Part shown: positions 57,701 through 64,000 of the stretch, piece by piece
Numbering within the stretch: the stretch's first letter is position 1
Layout: each line of letters starts with the position of its first letter
Origin: a virus
Direction: 5' to 3' (one strand)
Length of the DNA: 64,000 nt
Virus record (IMG/VR): IMGVR_UViG_3300036800_000041
Span: 6,724 to 70,723 of that record
Made by a program: the position numbers and the translations under genes
The notes under the pieces: model-generated
Seen by the model: only the letters and a program-made list of their open reading frames with translations
Database searches by the model: none
What the model was told of the DNA's origin: nothing

Positions 57701-59475
57701 GGCAACATGACATGCGACCATGCTTGTGCGCCGCCGATGATCTGTCCGATGATCTTAAAGACGTTGCCCAGCACCGGCTCCCAGAGTTTCAGGTCGGCGC
57801 TGGCCTGCTTGAAGAACGCACTAAGCTGACTTTGGCCCTTAGTTGACCCGGTGAATTGCGCCCATCGTTGGGTCAGTTTTTCCAGCCATGTCAAGAATCC
57901 CTCGCCACCGCCGGCGGCAGCGAAGATATTAGTCAGCGTCTTACCGAAGTTGATCGCCGCGTTGCCCAAGTGAGTCATTCCGGTCAGGCCGTCGCTGATC
58001 CATTTATCGAGATTGCCATTCTGGACTGATTTGCTGATGAACTCGTCGAATCGGGTCGCTACCTTCGTCAGCCCATCGGCCAATCGAGGCAGGAAATTCG
58101 TGCTGGTCGCGGTCAACTGCGCCAGGCCGTGCGTCAATGGTGCGATAGCGGCATTCGCTCGCGTCTGAGCCTGAGCGGTGTTACCGAAAATCTGGTCAAG
58201 CAGGCTCAAATTGCCCTGACTGCCTGCCGTAGCGCCGATCGCCTTAAATGTACGATTCCACGCGGTTGCGACACTGCCCATCCCAGCCGTCAAATGCGGA
58301 ATCAGCACACCGGAAAGCTGTTTGATTTCGTCGGCAGTGCCGGCGAACATGTTGGTCTGGACCTGCTTGCGAAGATCAGTTAGCGGGCCGGTCGTCAACA
58401 TCGCGATGGCCTTGGCGGTATCCTGCGCCGCTGGCGCCATATTCTTCATCTCGTCGGTGGCCTTTTGCCACGCCTTCGGGTCGTCGGTGCTGATCGCGGT
58501 CACCATGTCGGTGACAACTTTCTTCAGCCCACTGACGCCGACGGCCAGCGTGCCGGCCGACGTGCCAATACCGGCGAAAATACCGGGTAGCGCCAGACCC
58601 GATTGCGCGACCTGCTCTAGTGCCGCGCCGAGTTCGGTAACGACCAGCGTAGCGGCCGGGATGCCCGCCAATGCCAGCCCGATGGTGTTCGCACCGATCG
58701 GATTCATGGCGAAGCGCGTCACGAAGTTGCGGCCACCGTAAACGCCGGTGCCGCCACCACCGGATCCGCCACCCCCACCGCCTCGGCCGCCGCCTCCTGC
58801 TGATCCACCGCCGCCGGCCACGCGCTCAGCAGCCCGCCTGGCGGCTTCGTCCAGCACCTTTTCGGTCTTGCCTACTTCGTCGCGGACTTTTTGCTCGGCC
58901 TTAACCCGACGCTCGGCGGATTCTTCGGCGACCTTTGCCGTCTTGGCCAGGGCATCCTGAATCGCTTTGTTGTTGGCGACTTGAGCGGTCGCGGTGCGCT
59001 TGCTCACGGTGGCCCGGCGCTCGGTGGCCGCCGCTGCCTCGTTCAGATTCTTAACCTCGCGGTCAGCTGCCATCGCCGACTGGCCGGTGACCTTTTCGTA
59101 GTCACGCATCGCCTGCGTTAGCTTGGACATGGCCAGTGAACGTTGGGCCAAATCACCTGATTTTTGCGCGGCGGCAAATTCCAGCTCAGCTTTTGCCAGG
59201 TCACGCAGTGCTTTGGCGTTGGCTTCGTTCTCAGTGGCAGCCCGAGCGCTGGCGTCGCCTTGCTTGCTGATTTCACGTTCAGCGGCCTTGGCGTCGACAG
59301 CGACCTCGACGAACTTTTTGCCATCGATTTTGTTGAGGTCGCGCGCCGTTTCATTGATCTGGGCGCGAATCTTCGCCAATACCGGCTCTAGCTGCGCCTC
59401 GACGGCTTTCGTTATCTCACTGGCCAGGTCATCGGCATTTAGATCAACGGTGATCTGCAGCTTGCCGACGTCCAC
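51781..59475 (-). CDS. tape measure protein with embedded C39-like peptidase domain
   Basis: 2564 aa, Ala/Gly-rich helical; LPGYSPGVDN, PGEWIM, FDDGG..PERVL motifs. Confidence 0.95.
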   Translation of the reverse strand: MDVGKLQITVDLNADDLASEITKAVEAQLEPVLAKIRAQINETARDLNKIDGKKFVEVAVDAKAAEREISKQGDASARAATENEANAKALRDLAKAELEFAAAQKSGDLAQRSLAMSKLTQAMRDYEKVTGQSAMAADREVKNLNEAAAATERRATVSKRTATAQVANNKAIQDALAKTAKVAEESAERRVKAEQKVRDEVGKTEKVLDEAARRAAERVAGGGGSAGGGGRGGGGGGSGGGGTGVYGGRNFVTRFAMNPIGANTIGLALAGIPAATLVVTELGAALEQVAQSGLALPGIFAGIGTSAGTLAVGVSGLKKVVTDMVTAISTDDPKAWQKATDEMKNMAPAAQDTAKAIAMLTTGPLTDLRKQVQTNMFAGTADEIKQLSGVLIPHLTAGMGSVATAWNRTFKAIGATAGSQGNLSLLDQIFGNTAQAQTRANAAIAPLTHGLAQLTATSTNFLPRLADGLTKVATRFDEFISKSVQNGNLDKWISDGLTGMTHLGNAAINFGKTLTNIFAAAGGGEGFLTWLEKLTQRWAQFTGSTKGQSQLSAFFKQASADLKLWEPVLGNVFKIIGQIIGGAQAWSHVMLPFLNSASSVLLHMPGLIQAVTVAFLAWRTIAGITSLLDHLGGVGRSLDAIPAKARTAGAAIAAMDDEAAAGGAGVGGAAARGGRGRMGRVGRTAGALGLGVGIDQLFQGVDPGNASGQGTGGWLQAIGGGAVTGASIGAMLGPEGAAFGAAAGAVLGPALKGILDAFKGPEGPKPLVPGALTGQDYQSALNQIVSPGGPGGAPWNQQLVDQTVYGASGSFDPRKSPYASMQRGDVNYQTVLTEMQKQGGAFSSIPGLTADNAPQFLDRIMKQAQTAGSALDSLGGAITDLPTGEVVLTDPTPDILERIKELGGAVHSLPSGLIAIDTSQLNTAQHETDVLHDKLAKLFPGLGLTTTDGTPATPPTYGNPATDLPPGLQGLFPGRATGGIIGHYDEGGDNDTSGGSPLRTLLGLGSNFIDDAAVAATKFGSAALAGGKGALGPVMEAAGKVIAPLGVAAPFVMDAIDPQARVTGRDATSMGLGPRAPGVAGMVGGAGSFNGMLPGYSPGVDNMLLPVHGGGNIAVGGGEGVVIPEAMKALGPKWLYNLNSKYRSGLPRTNYAGGGILGSFVPGGQFGPGPEPDMPFGPSGVMSPKSDTENLLENIRNLLGGTAYGPLTQMQFSNQLQQMYLQQIATGGALTGTLAPGTTPGHLGPFGTPVAPINKPEAMIRGAIQALGGNPDIVMGPSSVEYAQQQGQAATQAIRGAVGEPGGLAALGRPGDPSAYIGPLTQFAQTGVLTPEMRAMGLDENSPIVSALTGARGAKGYEQLPGYIQQSLGGQGFTGQLTPENQSILGALGTFRGDTMKNALKQQQLNQTLLPFGGIAGIPKLLQDNPSILGGGIPGLVPGGAPAFGVASSGAGNSSLAAALASRNVPPQLARLIQGFSQTEGNNPAGNPTLGFKDAQLGGASDIGSHVDALLKQMQDRSGVAGAFPVNGTDQEQATWIARVVGQHGAPGEPSFPEYVQRVISGMTGAAPAATPGLPVMPQLVPQPGTGLPITPPPVQAPPGAPALWPGGPAPAPVPAAPPTAPVVPLPAPPPVAGLPFLPPPGRFDRPTPGGPFALPQPPVPTAPAPMPPGGPTAPWNKWPAGALPATPAPAAPPAVPWPPTAPPGAVPPPGMPAAPAAIAGSGLNLATIPIAAQKYANDCIDASARIILSHSGANLDEDQLQKVIAAGGTIGSQAAGMNQVNPAGKYVPMEGSGGSQQAMFDAIKRSIDTGAGSTLNIAPGSSLGGRNFGEGHFVAVTGYNPDGTLNISDTAGGGRQYSVSAADAYQASQGRGIVAGTGYGPPPVPGMPSPLAGGAIPGMPGTAGYPGFGGQFGAGGVFGGGGGVVPVMVTNWPGAGGAGMFGGGGALGQIANIAAGAAGPVLGAAGNVASGVANAAIGAVPGAVQSVFESPAGIAAPPVRTVQALNEHEPIQAVLAGLGINVPDLSRAGATGLSGATFEQGGAGTGGGAFDAEGRLLSATTSLYQRTSADLNANLVAMKDQIVGATTDVGNKLNKTALEPLLSAGVSAGMGAIPSLTLASMGTQLGTAMAPPIANAVGKAGGSGSTASDISALPFNATAATFQGLNTLVAAEGGGVAGGMPGVDSVPILGMPGEWIMTTDEVSKMGGFTGMTKFTAGLAKYGVKHMAAGGAINPGTAGTNQTGTLGADYFGLSQIPIIGAIIDVLINILLAMMGIQISVRDTMLNLTDNFRQFRGDSFKAFDAQGRLLDDTSGLIDRSMTSSTEVTQQRVLILTQVLEGVITYLIDKVAIPLAEAVGQAAINAAASAGGGALNAIAPGAGSAAGAAASALGDASVQIAGQVGQDFWGAAIPAIGDAISTGLLQNAAGTGLNSIFAPAGTISSITGLDTGVPSTASLTGALAGLLLPIMGLGALGVAFGPGSGPGALFDDGGMANGAGMLPKATMSPERVLSPQQTASFERLVSVLESGKLGGGTNVTVHAPFTVTGNAEGGQAAANRLLELLT

Positions 59476-59503
59476 CGATTAAGGCTAACGCAGGTACAGG
59501 CGA

Positions 59504-60088
59504 TTATTGCTGCGTGTCGCTCCGATTGCCAACGATCGCGCCCATGAGCTCGCCAATTGTTTCGACAGTGTAATCGGTATCGTCGGGGTCCATGAGCCGT
59601 GAAAATACACGGTCATAGCTTTGAGGAGATAAATGCCTGGCAATGAACAGGCCAGTGATGTCGTTTCGAGTTGTCATCTTGACGTACTTGCTGCTGGACA
59701 ATGACAATCCCGCAAGAGCCTGGTCAGTCGGCTTTCGAACGTTCAACATGTCGCCACGGAAGTCGACCGTTTCGTGATCCCACGGCTCATCGTTCGTCCA
59801 TACCTCCAGCTCAACATTAGAGTCTGGCACCGCGACGTCGGTACCAGGTTCGGCCGATGTATCCGCTTCAATCACTTCCGGCTCAGGATCCGACGCTGGT
59901 GTCGGCGCAGTCTGCGTTGGCGCGGCCGGTGGTGCGCTAGGCACCGGATCAAGATTCGGCGCTGACAATGAAACAACCGACGCACTATTGGGCTGGCCAT
60001 TTGATTCGGCAACTAAATCCTCTACCGGGCGCGGCTGCTGCTGATGGAGTACGGCATCGGTCAGTGGAGCACCGCTTGGTTGAGTCAC
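59504..60088 (-). CDS. tail assembly chaperone
   Basis: Directly upstream of the tape measure; GAAAGG RBS before GTG at 60088. Confidence 0.7.
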   Translation of the reverse strand: MTQPSGAPLTDAVLHQQQPRPVEDLVAESNGQPNSASVVSLSAPNLDPVPSAPPAAPTQTAPTPASDPEPEVIEADTSAEPGTDVAVPDSNVELEVWTNDEPWDHETVDFRGDMLNVRKPTDQALAGLSLSSSKYVKMTTRNDITGLFIARHLSPQSYDRVFSRLMDPDDTDYTVETIGELMGAIVGNRSDTQQ

Positions 60089-60146
60089 ACGAGGCCTTTC
60101 ATCAGGGGTTATCTGGCGATGACAATACCACCGTAACGACGCTGAA

Positions 60147-60587
60147 TCAGCCAGGCGTGACGTCGGGATCGGTTGCCGCGGCACGAATCATGGCGTTACG
60201 TAGGAACGGGCGCGCCGCCACGCCAGGATGGTGGACCGACCTAAATGCAACATTACGGCCGACCTTTTCCCAAAAGAATCGAAGCATCGGCGCGCGCCGG
60301 GCTCGGATGACATGTCGGCGAGAACCTTCATGGACCGGGATCGCATACGGCGCGCCGCGGCCGCCGGCATGAACGCCGGCGCTGACGCTGAACGGTCCGG
60401 TTGGCGTGGCCAGATCGATACCGATCGTCCGGCCCAAGTTGCCAGAACGCACCGGAACATCAGTCCTGGCCTGATTGGCGCCGCGGCGCGCCAAGCTATT
60501 GCCCTTTTTGACCAAGATGGGCAGTATTGCCCGGCTCAGCGCTGCTTCATTCAGGTGGAATTCGGCGTGCGCGTGCCCTTCAGCCAC
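60147..60587 (-). CDS. HK97 gp10-like tail-completion protein
   Basis: PVRSGNL, YA..VHEG, HPG..ARPFLRNA. Confidence 0.8.
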   Translation of the reverse strand: MAEGHAHAEFHLNEAALSRAILPILVKKGNSLARRGANQARTDVPVRSGNLGRTIGIDLATPTGPFSVSAGVHAGGRGAPYAIPVHEGSRRHVIRARRAPMLRFFWEKVGRNVAFRSVHHPGVAARPFLRNAMIRAAATDPDVTPG

Positions 60588-60960
60588 CAGTGCCGCTTTC
60601 GGCCGCCAGTGCTGCTTTTGGGTCGTTCAACGGCGCCTCAGCTAAATGAGCGCCCGAAGTTAGCGGCGTCGTGTCCTCCACGGGCTGTTCGACAGGCGGT
60701 AATGTCTTTCCTGATCCATCGCCACTTATTTCGTGGAATGTGCCGTCGGCCGGAACTTCGATGCCAACATTAAGTACCCCGGTACCTTCAGCGACACGTT
60801 CAGGTACGTCGGGAATCTCGCGCCGATCACCGACGATTACGATGAAACCCTTTTTGACCAGTCGCGCAATCCGGTCGGTGTAAACAACGTCACGGCGTTG
60901 GCCCCGCGGCAGATCCGCGCTCGGTGTCGTGCTGCCTTCGATAGTGACCATTTGTGTCAC
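60580..60960 (-). CDS. hypothetical structural-region protein
   Basis: GGAGG RBS; in the head-tail cluster. Confidence 0.7.
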   Translation of the reverse strand: MTQMVTIEGSTTPSADLPRGQRRDVVYTDRIARLVKKGFIVIVGDRREIPDVPERVAEGTGVLNVGIEVPADGTFHEISGDGSGKTLPPVEQPVEDTTPLTSGAHLAEAPLNDPKAALAAESGTGG

Positions 60961-60969
60961 GATTACCTC

Positions 60970-61497
60970 CTAGAACGAAACGTGAGTGGATGTCATCCAC
61001 GCCATGATGCCGCCCTCTGGACCATACGGCGCGATGATGTCAATGGCGACTTTGTGGTCACTTTGCCGGAGTGTCGTCATTGCCGCACATCGTGCTTTAT
61101 CGAGCCGCCAGCTGTGTATCAGGCTGGCCTCTGCGTCGCTGGCATAGTCAGCCGGCGTTGCGGTACTGGCAATCGTGGCACACCAAGCGACACCCATCTC
61201 GACTTCGATCGCGCTCGGGACCGTGCAGTCGACCGCGCCGGTTACCGGATCAGGGAAGTCGCGCGTCCGGTAGCGGCCGGCGAATCGGACCCACAAGAAC
61301 GGAACATCGCAACCGGGATCGGCGCTGTGCGCGTTCCAAGCCTCCAGCGGGGCAGTCTCGCCGCCGAAAAAGTACACCGCAGGTGTCACGGTCAAACCGT
61401 CGGGCGGGCACACTGACGTCGCGTCATATGCCGCCGTCAAACCGGCGGTGAAAGCGTTGATGATGTCGCTGGCCGGATCATCGCAAGGCGACGTCAT
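60970..61497 (-). CDS. tail terminator-like protein
   Basis: Synteny; PYGPEGG motif. Confidence 0.6.
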   Translation of the reverse strand: MTSPCDDPASDIINAFTAGLTAAYDATSVCPPDGLTVTPAVYFFGGETAPLEAWNAHSADPGCDVPFLWVRFAGRYRTRDFPDPVTGAVDCTVPSAIEVEMGVAWCATIASTATPADYASDAEASLIHSWRLDKARCAAMTTLRQSDHKVAIDIIAPYGPEGGIMAWMTSTHVSF

Positions 61498-62303
61498 AGA
61501 ACGCTCGGCGCTTGCTGAATGTGGTTTGGATTGACGCCCATCAGCCAGAGGTCAATTTCGGGCAATCCTGTCTTGCCGGCGGCGTAGAACGTGGTTGGGT
61601 CATAGACCTGGTAACTGACACCGTTGCGGGTCACAGCCACCACGTTGCGCGGTAGCCGGCATTTCGACGGCGCCTTGACCGCATTCAACATTTCCAATGC
61701 CAATTGTCCGGTCAGTTGAGCTACACCGTCGGGCACTGGGATGCCACGCTGGTAGTCGACGCTCCACGTGCCCGACTCGCCGAGAGGTCGGGCTAGATCC
61801 TGAAACGGCCACGCATGCCCACTGCGATAGAGGACATTGCCCTCCAACGTATAGGTTGTGGGATCTTGCACAACGCCATCGATAGTCACACTGGTAATCG
61901 ATTGCGCCGGGCCGGGCAGATGAATCATGCGTGGACCATCGACGCGGCACTGGCCGCCGACGCAGCCGCACGCGCCGCTGAACCATTCGCCTTCATTTCC
62001 GCAGATGAACATATTCCAGAACACCACCCCGAGAGGGCCGTAGAACTCGCTGCGGTAACCGAACCCGCGCCCCCAGGTACCGCTGCCAAAACTACGCTCC
62101 CGACGGCAGGGTCGAACGGTCACGTCATTGACACCGAACTGGCGCCCAGACAGCGCCCAAAGGATGGTGACGGCCAAATCTTCAGCACCGCTCTGAACGG
62201 CCAGGGCTTCGTCATAGGCCGCCTGCTCAGGTCCGGTGGGAGGATCCGACAGCAGGGGGAGCGGCGGGTAAGAGCTCCGGTCGACCGGCCAATCGAAAGC
62301 CAT
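61494..62303 (-). CDS. head-to-tail adaptor
   Basis: LWALSGRQFG, CRLP, RNGVS, TGLPEIDLW...NP. Confidence 0.8.
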   Translation of the reverse strand: MAFDWPVDRSSYPPLPLLSDPPTGPEQAAYDEALAVQSGAEDLAVTILWALSGRQFGVNDVTVRPCRRERSFGSGTWGRGFGYRSEFYGPLGVVFWNMFICGNEGEWFSGACGCVGGQCRVDGPRMIHLPGPAQSITSVTIDGVVQDPTTYTLEGNVLYRSGHAWPFQDLARPLGESGTWSVDYQRGIPVPDGVAQLTGQLALEMLNAVKAPSKCRLPRNVVAVTRNGVSYQVYDPTTFYAAGKTGLPEIDLWLMGVNPNHIQQAPSVL

Positions 62304-62331
62304 GCTGATCAGGTTAGCCGGTCAGGGGGCG

Positions 62332-62370
62332 AAAACGACGAAGCGCCGAGGATCGCCCGGCGCTCGTCGT
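62332..62370 (-). terminator. intrinsic terminator after the major tail gene
   Basis: ACGACGAGCGCCG...CGGCGCTTCGTCGT followed by TTT. Confidence 0.75.
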
Positions 62371-62386
62371 ACTGCGTGATTGCGTG

Positions 62387-63463
62387 TCAGGAAATGGCAG
62401 CTGTGGTGGTCGGTGTCAGGCTGTTCGTGCCAATTTCGATGTTCGCATCGAAATCGGTGGCGATGACCAACGGTGTGCCAGGCAACGGACCGCCGGTGAC
62501 GGTGAAGTCGCTGGCGGTGTAGCCATCGTCCAACGCCACCAGCAGTGTCTTGGCTGCGGCTGCCGTTGAGTTGTACGTAATGGGCGCTTCCAGGCCGTTG
62601 ACCTTGACACCGATCGTGCCTGCGGTCGGAGGACCGCCGGTCAGCGTCAGCGTATGGGTTTCGGCGCTGCCCTGCGCCGGGGCAACCTCAGCTGCCGGTG
62701 CGTTCGCCGGACCGCCGAAGTAGTAAGTCGTCCCGGTAAACAAAGTGCTGATCGCCAACGCGGCGGGCTCAGCGCCCGGCGTGTCGGTGGGGGGCGCCAC
62801 CGGTGTACGGAACATGAGCAGCTGACTGTCGTTGTTGGTCGGCGTCAGCAGTCGGCCCGGTGTGCCGTTAACGTCGGTGCCGGCCACGTTGTAGGGGCCT
62901 TTGCCCCACTGTGGCCCGGTGAAGGTGATGCCGGTCAGAGTCAGCGTCGACACCTGAGCGCCTACATTTACGTTGCCCAGCATGAATTCGGTGCCGAAGG
63001 CCAGCATGTAGCCATATTGCTTGCCGGTCCCCGCGGTGCTGAAAATAGAGTCGGTGAGTTGTTCTGGGCAATCGGTGTCCGACTTGCCGCCAGTCCAGAT
63101 TTCGATGGCCACGCCCAGGTCAGATTCCACACTTTCGGAGTCTTGGAAACCGTTGGGGTTGTCGGCGTAGTCGAGCAGCTGTTCCCAGCTGGTCAGCAAT
63201 GCAATGACGCCGGTGTTCACGCTGCAAAGCTCCAGCGCGAGCTGCCAACGCTTGCGCTGTGGTTGCGTGCGCTCAGTGACGCAGATCAAACCTTCAGCGT
63301 TGTTCTGGTCGAGGTCGGCAGCTTCTTTGAGCTGCGGCGTGAAATTGGCGGTCACGAACCCGCTGGTGACGATGCGGTTGGCCGGGCCGGCGAGCGGCAG
63401 ACCACAGCTGTTGACCTTGGTCAGCCGCAACTTCACTCCGAATACGAGTGGGTAAACGGACAT
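62387..63463 (-). CDS. major tail protein
   Basis: AGGAGG RBS, ATG at 63463; LRLTKVNSCG, WGKGPYNV; C-terminal accessory domain. Confidence 0.88.
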   Translation of the reverse strand: MSVYPLVFGVKLRLTKVNSCGLPLAGPANRIVTSGFVTANFTPQLKEAADLDQNNAEGLICVTERTQPQRKRWQLALELCSVNTGVIALLTSWEQLLDYADNPNGFQDSESVESDLGVAIEIWTGGKSDTDCPEQLTDSIFSTAGTGKQYGYMLAFGTEFMLGNVNVGAQVSTLTLTGITFTGPQWGKGPYNVAGTDVNGTPGRLLTPTNNDSQLLMFRTPVAPPTDTPGAEPAALAISTLFTGTTYYFGGPANAPAAEVAPAQGSAETHTLTLTGGPPTAGTIGVKVNGLEAPITYNSTAAAAKTLLVALDDGYTASDFTVTGGPLPGTPLVIATDFDANIEIGTNSLTPTTTAAIS

Positions 63464-63524
63464 TGGTCCCGGTCCTCCTAGTCGTCCGATGAGGCTGGTT
63501 GTGACACTAGGGAATGGCCGTGCA

Positions 63525-64000
63525 TCAGTTGCCGGTTGGTTGAAGCGAATCAGGATTCGGCGGTGTGGGGTTAGTGTCGACGCCAGTCTCCGGTGGTGTC
63601 GGCTCGGCCAATGGTTGAATGCCAAACGGTGGGGGAGCCGGACCGACGGGCTGACACGGTGGTGGGTGAATTTCCTTGTTCCATGCTCCCGGTGGATTAG
63701 GCCAGTTGGCCTTTTGCAGGTCAGGGCACCGGTAGCTGCATGACCATCCACTGCCTCCGAAGGCGAACGTAGATCCGAGTCCGTTACCCTGGATCGCGCC
63801 TCCGACACCGCCCGCGCCCTGCTCACAATGCCGATGTGAACCGTTAATCTCAGTCGGGAAGTCGCAATAGAAACCTTCAGCGTGTATCAGCGCGACATCG
63901 ACCTGCACCTGTTGACCGATGGCTGGATATTCGCATTCGATCAGATCAGCTTGTGCATGTGCGGCTCGGTAGATCATCGCACCGACCAGGGCCAATAAAA
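63525..64000 (-). CDS. secreted Cys/Pro-rich protein (5' end off window)
   Basis: AHA-QA signal cleavage site, six Cys, Pro-rich tail. Confidence 0.6.
   Translation of the reverse strand, partial: LLALVGAMIYRAAHAQADLIECEYPAIGQQVQVDVALIHAEGFYCDFPTEINGSHRHCEQGAGGVGGAIQGNGLGSTFAFGGSGWSCSYRCPDLQKANWPNPPGAWNKEIHPPPCQPVGPAPPPFGIQPLAEPTPPETGVDTNPTPPNPDSLQPTGN

Noticed and set aside
59476-59560. Programmed frameshift in the tail chaperone
   Set aside because: No slippery heptamer seen and no room for an extension frame before the tape measure.
50412-63743. Long plus-strand ORFs opposite the tail genes (e.g. 55054-55788, 61815-62522, 62654-63481)
   Set aside because: Antisense shadows of high-GC coding genes with no motifs or RBS.
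1-64000. Integrase/attP, tRNA genes, inteins or introns
   Set aside because: No recombinase motifs, cloverleafs or splice-junction motifs recognised by eye; tRNAscan and HMM searches would be needed to exclude them fully.

Overview
This window is most of a high-GC, long-tailed actinobacteriophage genome. Its gene order resembles cluster B mycobacteriophages, and it is shown circularly permuted with the virion genes on the minus strand. Positions 1-7 kb hold part of a capsid maturation/MuF-like gene, portal, RuvC, large terminase and a P-loop kinase. Positions 7-21 kb are an accessory arm: a PE-PPE-type hydrolase, two very basic proteins, an S53 peptidase, an HTH/TerS candidate, a repeat-rich non-coding region, an array of small units with repeated promoters, and tandem repeats. 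Positions 21.5-31.8 kb carry replication genes (family A polymerase, primase-helicase, SF2 helicase, Cas4-like nuclease). Lysins B and A, an HTH cluster and the tail module follow (collagen-like fibre, a second S53 peptidase, a 2564-aa tape measure with an embedded C39-like peptidase, adaptors, major tail). The major capsid gene lies outside the window, and I saw no integrase, tRNA or CRISPR array. The top observation is a set of XerC/XerD dif-like sites (..GAC(A/G)TAA-N6-8-TTATCGG..) in direct orientation that bracket small accessory genes at two unrelated loci (3.86-4.31 kb and 26.45-26.89 kb), suggesting a host-Xer-driven gene-cassette system in a phage. Other highlights: an 8-copy 5'-leader hairpin regulon, a promoter firing into an iteron-like non-coding array, two sedolisins, and a tail chaperone pair apparently made by gene duplication rather than frameshifting. 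All functional calls come from motif recognition by eye and synteny; no database searches were run.
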